The translations under genes were made by a program, and so were the position numbers. The notes below the pieces were generated by a model that was not told where the DNA came from, searched no databases, and was given only the letters and a program-made list of their open reading frames with translations. Source: Micrococcus luteus NCTC 2665 (GTDB taxonomy: Bacteria > Actinomycetota > Actinomycetes > Actinomycetales > Micrococcaceae). Taken from it: a DNA stretch of 32,000 nt. Positions 26,247-32,000 of this stretch are shown here, in pieces (within the stretch, counting starts at the first letter, position 1; every line of letters begins with the position of its first letter). The stretch is from assembly GCF_000023205.1 (NCBI RefSeq), contig NC_012803.1:1350001-1382000 (forward strand), written 5' to 3'.

Positions 26247-28958
26247 TCAGGCCGCGCGCACCGCGGCGACGACGGCGTCGAGCGCATCCCCGACGCGCGT
26301 GACGTCCTGGCCGCCGCCCTGGGCGACGTCGTCCTTGCCTCCGCCCCCGCCGCCGAGCACGCCGGTGGCGGTCTTGACCATGGCGCCCGCCTTGAGGCCG
26401 GCCGCGCGGGCGGCCTCGTTGGTCGCCACGACCACGAGGGGCCGGCCCTTGGCCTCGGCCGTGAGGGCCACGAGCACGGGCGTGCCCGCCGCGTTGCCGC
26501 CGGCCGACTCGATCCGGGCGCGCAGGTCCAGCGCGAGGGAACGCAGCTGGTCCCCGGCCACGTCGCCGGCGTGGTGGGCCAGCACCCGCACCGACGTCCC
26601 ACCGGACGTCGTGACGTCCTGGGCCTGCCCGGCGAGCTGTCCGGCCTGGGCCTGCAGCGCCTGGGCCCGCAGCTCCGCGACCTGCTTCTCGGCCGCCTTG
26701 AGCCGGTCCAGGGTGGCGCCGATGCGGTCCTTGAGCTCCTCGGCCGGGGCCTTGAACATCTCCGAGAGCTCGGAGACGAGGGTGCGCTCCGCGGCGAGGT
26801 GGCGGAACGAGTCCAGGCCGACGAGGGCCTCGACGCGGCGGTTGCCCGAGCCCACGGACTGCTCGCCGAGCAGGGTCAGCGAGCCGATCTGCGCGGTGCG
26901 GCCCACGTGGGTGCCGCCGCACAGCTCGCGGGACCAGGCGCCGTCGATCTCCACGACGCGCACCCGGTCGCCGTACTTCTCGCCGAACAGGCTCATCGCG
27001 CCGAGTGCGCGCGCCTCCTCGAGGCTCATCTCCTGGGTGAGCACGGTGTGGTCGTCGCGGATGGCGATGTTCACCACGTCCTCGACCTCGGAGCGGGCCC
27101 CGGCCGAGAGCGCCTCGGCCCAGCGGAAGTCGAAGCGCAGGTAGCCCTCCTTGTTGAAGGAGCCGGACTGGGTGGCCTCGGGGCCGAGGATCTGGTGCAG
27201 CGCGGCGTGCACCAGGTGGGTGCCGGAGTGGGCCTTCTCGCCGTCAAGGCGGCGCTGCAGGTCGATCGCGCCGAGGGCCTGCGCGCCGGCGGCGACCTCG
27301 CCGTCGAGGACCTTGACCCTGTGCACGGAAAGCCCCTTCACGGGGGCCTGCACGTCGAGCACCTCGAGGCGGAAGCCGTCGCCGGTGATCAGGCCGGTGT
27401 CCGCGGCCTGGCCGCCGGACTCCGCGTAGAACGGCGTGGCGTCCAGGACGAGCTCGAGCTCCGTGCCGGCGCCCGCGGACGGGACCTCCTCGCCGTTCTG
27501 CAGCAGGCCGCGCACCACCGACTCGGTGGTGTGCTCGGTGTAGCCGGTGAAGTGGGTCTGGCCTTCGGCGCGCAGGCGCTGGTACACGGCCGTGTCCGTG
27601 TGGCCGGACTTCTTGGCCTTGGCGTCCGCGCGGGCGCGGTCGCGCTGCTCGGCCATGAGGGCGCGGAACCCGGCCTCGTCCACGGCGACGCCGGCCTCCT
27701 CCGCGATCTCCAGCGTCAGCTCGATCGGGAAGCCGTAGGTGTCGTGCAGCTCGAACGCGTCCGGGCCCGCGATGCCGCCGCCCGCCGAGCGGGCCTGGCC
27801 CACCGCGGCGTCGAGGCGGGCCGTGCCCGCGGCGATGGTCCGCAGGAACGCCTTCTCCTCGGCGTAGGCGATCCGGGAGATGCGCTCGAACTCGTCCGCC
27901 ACGACCGGGTAGGTGCCCTTCATCGCGTCCCGGGAGACCGGCAGCAGCTCGGGGAACACGGGCTCGGTGACGCCCATCAGGCGCAGGGCGCGGACGACGC
28001 GGCGGATGAGGCGGCGCAGCACGTAGCCGCGGCCCTCGTTGCCGGGACGCACGCCGTCGCTGATCAGCATCAGGGCCGAGCGCACATGGTCGGCCACCAT
28101 GCGCAGGCGGACGTCGTCGTCGTAGTGCGGGTCGGCCGGGTCCTCGGTGGAAGTGTAGGCGCGGCCGGCCAGCTGCGCGGCGCGGTCGAGCACGGGGCGG
28201 ACCTGGTCCGTCTCGTACATGTTCTCCACACCCTGGAGGATCATGGCGAGCCGCTCGAGGCCGAGACCGGTGTCGATGTTCTTGTGCTCGAGCTCGCCGG
28301 CGATGTCGAAGTCGTCCTTCGAGCGCACCGCGGAGAGGCGGTACTGCATGAACACGAGGTTCCAGATCTCGATGTAGCGGGTGTCGTCCGCGGCCGGGCC
28401 GCCGTCGACGCCGTACGCGGGGCCGCGGTCGTAGAAGATCTCCGAGCAGGGGCCGCCCGGGCCGGGCTGGCCGGTGTTCCAGTAGTTGTCGTCCTTGCCC
28501 ATGCGCTGGATGCGCTCGGGACGGACGCCCACGTCCTCGCGCCAGATGCGCTCGGCCTCGTCGTCCTCGCGGTACACGGTGACCCAGAGGCGCTCGGGGT
28601 CCAGGCCGAAGCCGCCGTCCTCGACCGAGGACGTCAGCAGCTCCCAGGCCATCGGGATGGCCGTCTCCTTGAAGTAGTCGCCGAAGGAGAAGTTGCCGCA
28701 CATCTGGAAGAAGGTGCCGTGGCGGACGGTTTTGCCGACCTCCTCGATGTCCGCGGTGCGGATGCACTTCTGCACCGAGACGACGCGCGGGCTCGGCGGG
28801 GTCTGCTCCCCCAGGAAGTACGGGATGAACGGGACCATGCCGGCCACCGTGAACAGCAGCGACGGATCCGGCGAGACGAGCGACGCCGACGGCACCACGC
28901 GGTGCCCCCTGGACTCGAAGAAGGCGGTCCAGCGGCGGGCGATCTCCTGGGACTTCAT
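26247..28958 (-). CDS. alaS: Alanyl-tRNA synthetase
   Basis: 903 aa. MKSQEIARRWTAFFESRGHRVVPSASLV...RHGTFFQMCGNFSFGDYFK. The editing-domain HSGTHLVHAALH and the C-terminal DHHA1 GGGGGKDDVAQGGG are both present. Confidence 0.97.
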   Translation of the reverse strand: MKSQEIARRWTAFFESRGHRVVPSASLVSPDPSLLFTVAGMVPFIPYFLGEQTPPSPRVVSVQKCIRTADIEEVGKTVRHGTFFQMCGNFSFGDYFKETAIPMAWELLTSSVEDGGFGLDPERLWVTVYREDDEAERIWREDVGVRPERIQRMGKDDNYWNTGQPGPGGPCSEIFYDRGPAYGVDGGPAADDTRYIEIWNLVFMQYRLSAVRSKDDFDIAGELEHKNIDTGLGLERLAMILQGVENMYETDQVRPVLDRAAQLAGRAYTSTEDPADPHYDDDVRLRMVADHVRSALMLISDGVRPGNEGRGYVLRRLIRRVVRALRLMGVTEPVFPELLPVSRDAMKGTYPVVADEFERISRIAYAEEKAFLRTIAAGTARLDAAVGQARSAGGGIAGPDAFELHDTYGFPIELTLEIAEEAGVAVDEAGFRALMAEQRDRARADAKAKKSGHTDTAVYQRLRAEGQTHFTGYTEHTTESVVRGLLQNGEEVPSAGAGTELELVLDATPFYAESGGQAADTGLITGDGFRLEVLDVQAPVKGLSVHRVKVLDGEVAAGAQALGAIDLQRRLDGEKAHSGTHLVHAALHQILGPEATQSGSFNKEGYLRFDFRWAEALSAGARSEVEDVVNIAIRDDHTVLTQEMSLEEARALGAMSLFGEKYGDRVRVVEIDGAWSRELCGGTHVGRTAQIGSLTLLGEQSVGSGNRRVEALVGLDSFRHLAAERTLVSELSEMFKAPAEELKDRIGATLDRLKAAEKQVAELRAQALQAQAGQLAGQAQDVTTSGGTSVRVLAHHAGDVAGDQLRSLALDLRARIESAGGNAAGTPVLVALTAEAKGRPLVVVATNEAARAAGLKAGAMVKTATGVLGGGGGGKDDVAQGGGQDVTRVGDALDAVVAAVRAA

Positions 28959-29344
28959 GCGGGGGTGTCCTTCTGCGTGGTGGTGGTCTGGGGGCGGGCG
29001 GCGCCGTGCGACGGCGGCTCCACGGTCTCCCCGGAGATGATCGGCCCCGTGTGGGGCAGGTAGGGGGCGGCCCAGGGGGCCTGGGAGCGCACGCGGTCGG
29101 CCAGGCGCCGCGCGCCGTCCTGCAGGGCGGCCGCCGCGGCGTCGGCGGCGGCCTCGCCGGCCTGGCGGGCCAGGCGCTCCGGGTCCAGGCGGGCGGAGAA
29201 CCCCGCGCGCCCCCCAGCAGAGCCGGGGCCCGACGTCGGCGCGTCGGTCCTGCCCGTGGCCGGGTGGGCACGGTCGCCGAGGGCGCGGTGCGCGAACCAG
29301 CCGGACGCGGCGCCGGCGCCGACGAGCAGCAGCGAGCGGAGCAT
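28955..29344 (-). CDS. Small (129 aa) hypothetical protein with an N-terminal hydrophobic segment, translationally coupled to alaS
   Basis: The ATG at 29344 is preceded by GAAGGAGG (spacer CCCCGCC). The sequence reads MLRSLLLVGAGAASGWFAH.... Its stop overlaps the alaS ATG (ATGA, 28955-28958). The track ORF (to 29545) is over-extended into low-coding sequence. Confidence 0.6.
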   Translation of the reverse strand: MLRSLLLVGAGAASGWFAHRALGDRAHPATGRTDAPTSGPGSAGGRAGFSARLDPERLARQAGEAAADAAAAALQDGARRLADRVRSQAPWAAPYLPHTGPIISGETVEPPSHGAARPQTTTTQKDTPA

Positions 29345-29476
29345 GGCGGGGCCTCCTTCGGACGGCAGGGATTCCGGCCCCACCTTACCGGGACAGGGGT
29401 CGGTCGGATCAGAGGCGACGAGGCGGCTGAGGGCCGGTAAATTCATCCAGCGTACCCGCGGTGCTGAGCGGGACGG

Positions 29477-29499
29477 TACTCGTTCAGCCAGAACGAGTA
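29477..29499. repeat. Perfect 8-bp stem / 7-nt loop hairpin at the compositional boundary
   Basis: TACTCGTT (29477-29484), CAGCCAG loop, AACGAGTA (29492-29499). Function unknown. It could be a terminator facing either way or a recombination-site remnant. Confidence 0.4.
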
Positions 29500-29658
29500 A
29501 CGGGGCCCCCTCTGGAAGCTCTAAATGCTGGCCGCGCCAGGCCATAGTGGATAGACCCTTGAGAATGCCCCTTCGTGAGACACATTTAGGCCTGGCCCGT
29601 CGTTGGACGCTCGAGGCTGCGGTGGCGGCCGCGGGAAGACAGGACAGCGTGTCGCGTG

Positions 29659-29787
29659 CTCGAGCTCGAGACCTGGCGGCAGCCCCCCGTAGGCTCGGGA
29701 AGTGTTAAGAAGACCAAACGTAGGAAACCGCAGGATCCTCCGCCCGATTCGAACCGAGGGCTCAGGAACTATCGGCCAGAGCTCTGG
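29659..29787. repeat. Two 12-bp perfect palindromes sharing a GAGCTC core, inside the ORF-poor spacer
   Basis: CTCGAGCTCGAG (29659-29670) and CCAGAGCTCTGG (29776-29787). An 8-bp inverted repeat GGAAGTGT (29698-29705) / ACACTTCC (29790-29797) brackets the second palindrome. An operator-like role is speculation. Confidence 0.3.
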
Positions 29788-29986
29788 AGACACTTCCTAA
29801 GCGCGGTTCGCGATTCCTTACTTCAGATGAGGCACCCCCTCCTTGAACTCCACGAGGTGGTTGATATCAACATTCTTCCGAGAGGCTCCCGGTTGAAAAC
29901 ATCCAAGGCCGTACTGCGAGCACGAGAGAGCGAGCAACCGCGCGAGTGTGGCCCCACCCAACGGGCGCTGTCACGACATAGACGCG

Positions 29987-30157
29987 CTAGGGCCGCTTAA
30001 CCCCTCCCCGAACACCTGGAGTCAGGTGATTTCCTACCCGAGCAGCGTGCGCCACGCCGAGCCAGGTAAGCGATGGATCACATTGGAGGTTCATCCAACT
30101 CCACCACAGGCCCGCCCGGGAGGCATGCGCATCCGTGGAGCACTCTACCGCTGCCAA
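29987..30157 (-). CDS. Possible small ORF (56 aa, Trp-rich, basic) downstream of the island ATPase
   Basis: It is below the ORF-track size cut-off. The TTG at 30157 is preceded by AAGGAGG with a 5-nt spacer (CAAGGAGGTCTTCTTG) and lies 40 nt after the ATPase stop. Translation: MAAVECSTDAHASRAGLWWSWMNLQCDPSLTWLGVAHAARVGNHLTPGVRGGVKRP. I recognise no homology. Confidence 0.2.
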   Translation of the reverse strand: MAAVECSTDAHASRAGLWWSWMNLQCDPSLTWLGVAHAARVGNHLTPGVRGGVKRP

Positions 30158-30196
30158 GAAGACCTCCTTGCTACGAACGAACTCCCTCCTGCAGAC

Positions 30197-32000
30197 TCAA
30201 ATCAGGTAACGCTGGCTCCTCTTCTTAAAGGCCTCTTCGCCGCCATCCAGAATCTCACAAGCGTGGGAGGGGACGTCTAGCCGATCCAGCGCAAATGACG
30301 CCCCAGGATTGGGATTGCGTTCATGTTCAAGTGAACCCCCGAGATAGGAGAATCTCCGACCGTCCTCGTTGGGATGGTCAGTGCCATGACGGTTTGCAAC
30401 GAGTATCTGTTCCGAGTCCGCACCGATTGCCAGGTTCGCATTATGTGTAACCATAATGATCTGACGCTTCTTCTTCTGATCCATCAGATAGTGAGCGATT
30501 GTCCCAAAGATCGACCGGCTATCTAGGTCATCCTCCGGCTGGTCAAGAAGAAGAGGCCACCCGTCTTGGTCTGAACCCAATGTCAGGGACAGCGCGAACA
30601 GCGCTTGCTTTCCAGGGGTCATTGAGGAGGGTTCAAAACCACCGATCGAGTCGCCTTCGAGAGTCGCCTTGAATCGGACCTCCGGAACCACGCTCAGAAC
30701 CCGGTTCGCGAGTTCCTCCTTGGTGGTGGATCCCGTGAGACGAATTTGTCCCGAGAATAGTTCTTCAAGAAAGTCAAGGGGATCAGCTTGCGCTCTCGCA
30801 ACATCAAACAGATCCCCGCGTCCACGCACGTACGAGTTAACTGATGACCCGTGCATACCAGCCATTGCATCGCGAATGGATTGCTCATCGATCTGGGCAT
30901 CCGCGCTGAGCATCATTTGCTCAATCTCGACACTTGCAGTCTCAACGTTTCTAACGAAGGTAGCGATTTCCTTATTCACCCTCGCAATGCACGATTGGAT
31001 GGTATCCGCGACTGTCTTAATCTCATCAGCGTTATCCCTGACCTCCGTCGCGAGACTATCGATCCTATCCAGTTCTCTCGAAAACTTGTCGGCGCCATCG
31101 CGAAGACTGCCAATTTCTTCAATGGCCACTTCTTTTGCAAGTAGAGGGGCGGAAACTTCTTCAGTGGTAACCAGTTCCTCTCGAATAGCTGCCATTTTCC
31201 CGCGGAGAAAATCTAGCCGCGTTCGAGCTAGACTACTAAGGTACTCACTAATCTCATTCTCGTAGAAGTCGAGGACAGGCTTGGCGGTCGTCGCGAACCC
31301 TGCACCCGCAGTCTCCAGCCCTGGATCGACCTTCACATCGACTTTAAAAGCCTTGGGCGAGAGGGCGTATTCGTCGTCGAGTCGAGTCCCCAAAATGTTC
31401 TGGATCCGATTATATTCGTCCTCTGCGGCCCGGAGGGAATCCCCAAGAATACGAAGTTGGTTCCGATACCCCGCTATTCGCCCCAGTTCAGAGTCGGTAA
31501 TTTCAGCCACTTCCGCGCACTCGGCAATGCGTACGTTTACTTTTTCTAGCTCAGCTGCGACCGCGTCCTTTGAACCCAGGGCGCCTATTTGCTCAGTCAG
31601 CTGAACGTGCTTGGTTTTTAGTGAGAACCAACGACTGACGGATGCAGCAACTTCCTCGCGAAAAATGCGCTCATCGGCAAGAAGATTGTCGTACTGGATG
31701 CCAAGATCTGGTCGAGCAACGGCAAGAGCCGGCGCAATACGCTCTGTAATCTCCTCCGGCTTTTCGCTTAGCGAGTAGAGGGAGTTTTGAGGAATATATA
31801 TAACCCTCCCGCTACCAGATTCACTGGACCCCCAACTTACCCGGCAACCAGCGTTTGCAGCTGCTTGCCACGTTATTCCAGCAGCTGGTCCCAGTTTTGT
31901 TGGGTCGAGGTGCGGGTTCGCCCGCCTCTGCGCGTCTAGTGTCCTGTCGGGATCCACCGCGTAAGCAATGTGAGCCAACAATGAAGACTTTCCCGACGAA
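30197..32000 (-). CDS. SMC/Rad50-like ABC ATPase with a long coiled-coil insert. The 5' end is outside the window. Candidate conflict/defence-system ATPase.
   Basis: The frame is open to the window edge. Codons 31999..31982 read SSGKSS (Walker A), followed by LLAHIAYAV. Next comes VIYIPQNS (Q-loop-like) and about 330 aa of E/R/L/A-rich heptad-like sequence. Then follow MTPGKQALFALSL (signature-motif position, from 30622), LLLDQPEDDLD (Walker B and D-loop, 30521-30553) and VTHNANL (H-loop, 30431-30451). A ~75-aa tail ends ...ACEILDGGEEAFKKRSQRYLI. Confidence 0.8.
   Translation of the reverse strand, partial: SSGKSSLLAHIAYAVDPDRTLDAQRRANPHLDPTKLGPAAGITWQAAANAGCRVSWGSSESGSGRVIYIPQNSLYSLSEKPEEITERIAPALAVARPDLGIQYDNLLADERIFREEVAASVSRWFSLKTKHVQLTEQIGALGSKDAVAAELEKVNVRIAECAEVAEITDSELGRIAGYRNQLRILGDSLRAAEDEYNRIQNILGTRLDDEYALSPKAFKVDVKVDPGLETAGAGFATTAKPVLDFYENEISEYLSSLARTRLDFLRGKMAAIREELVTTEEVSAPLLAKEVAIEEIGSLRDGADKFSRELDRIDSLATEVRDNADEIKTVADTIQSCIARVNKEIATFVRNVETASVEIEQMMLSADAQIDEQSIRDAMAGMHGSSVNSYVRGRGDLFDVARAQADPLDFLEELFSGQIRLTGSTTKEELANRVLSVVPEVRFKATLEGDSIGGFEPSSMTPGKQALFALSLTLGSDQDGWPLLLDQPEDDLDSRSIFGTIAHYLMDQKKKRQIIMVTHNANLAIGADSEQILVANRHGTDHPNEDGRRFSYLGGSLEHERNPNPGASFALDRLDVPSHACEILDGGEEAFKKRSQRYLI

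Larger units (their letters stand above)
29450..32000. other. Low-GC (about 45-55%) segment abutting the ~72% GC core. Probable horizontally acquired island, with only one boundary in the window.
   Basis: Hand counts of 60-nt lines: 28021-28080 = 43 G+C, 29821-29880 = 31, 30901-30960 = 30, 31741-31800 = 27. The transition begins around the A/T-rich GGTAAATTCATCC at about 29436-29448. Confidence 0.75.

Noticed and set aside
29521-29600. CTAAATG...GCCAGGCC versus CATTTAG-GCCTGGC complementary segments, considered as a long hairpin.
   Set aside because: The complementary blocks are in non-nested order (A-B ... A'-B'), so they cannot form a simple stem-loop. The blocks are short enough to be chance.
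29730-29770. tRNA-like T-arm string (minus strand GGTTCGAATC, plus strand GATTCGAACC at 29746-29755), considered as a possible tRNA or integration-site remnant at the island edge.
   Set aside because: The flanking bases give only 3 of 5 T-stem pairs. The would-be anticodon loop lacks U33. No acceptor stem or CCA can be formed. It is not a tRNA, and it is too weak to call a tRNA fragment.
29521-30280. Track ORFs in the spacer: 29521..29793 (-), 29656..30000 (+) and 29948..30280 (+).
   Set aside because: They overlap each other, lack SD sequences and encode low-complexity Arg/Pro/Ser-rich peptides. The last one runs antisense into the ATPase 3' end. There is no support for coding.
30669-31604. 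Plus-strand ORFs 30669..31265, 30851..31144 and 31281..31604 inside the ATPase gene.
   Set aside because: They are antisense to a gene with clear ABC-ATPase motifs. The translations are Ser/Arg/Ala-rich without motifs.

Overview
The window is about 29.3 kb of very high-GC (about 72%) actinobacterial core chromosome. The gene order looks Micrococcales-like, which is an inference. The last ~2.6 kb has a much lower GC content.

Core region:
- At the left edge are the 5' part of leuS (- strand, missed by the ORF track), a YkvI-like membrane protein (-) and an alpha/beta hydrolase (+).
- From 29344 down to 3649 lies an unbroken run of 24 co-directional minus-strand genes, 22 housekeeping and two small uncharacterised. 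In transcription order they are: small membrane protein, alaS, ruvX, mltG, aroE, aroC, aroK, aroB, efp, nusB, pyrR, pyrB, pyrC, an Rv1382-like membrane protein, carA, carB, pyrF, mihF, gmk, rpoZ, coaBC, metK, priA.
- Many junctions are 4-nt ATGA/GTGA start/stop overlaps, which suggests translational coupling.
- A PyrR-binding hairpin that sequesters the pyrR Shine-Dalgarno (SD) sequence is recognisable upstream of pyrR.
- Most long plus-strand ORFs in the track, and several over-extended minus-strand ORFs, are high-GC artefacts.

Most interesting region:
- At about 29.35-29.5 kb the composition breaks sharply. Hand counts give 43/60 G+C at 28021-28080 and 27/60 at 31741-31800.
- An ORF-poor ~850-bp spacer follows. 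It contains palindromes, a hairpin and one small ORF preceded by an SD.
- After the spacer is a gene, truncated by the window, for an SMC/Rad50-like ABC ATPase. It has Walker A SSGKSS at the window edge, a long coiled-coil-like middle, Walker B LLLDQPEDDLD and H-loop VTHNANL.
- I read this as the edge of a horizontally acquired island carrying a candidate conflict/defence-type system. The rest of that system lies beyond base 32000, so its identity cannot be established from this window.

No rRNA, tRNA, CRISPR array, transposase or integrase could be supported.
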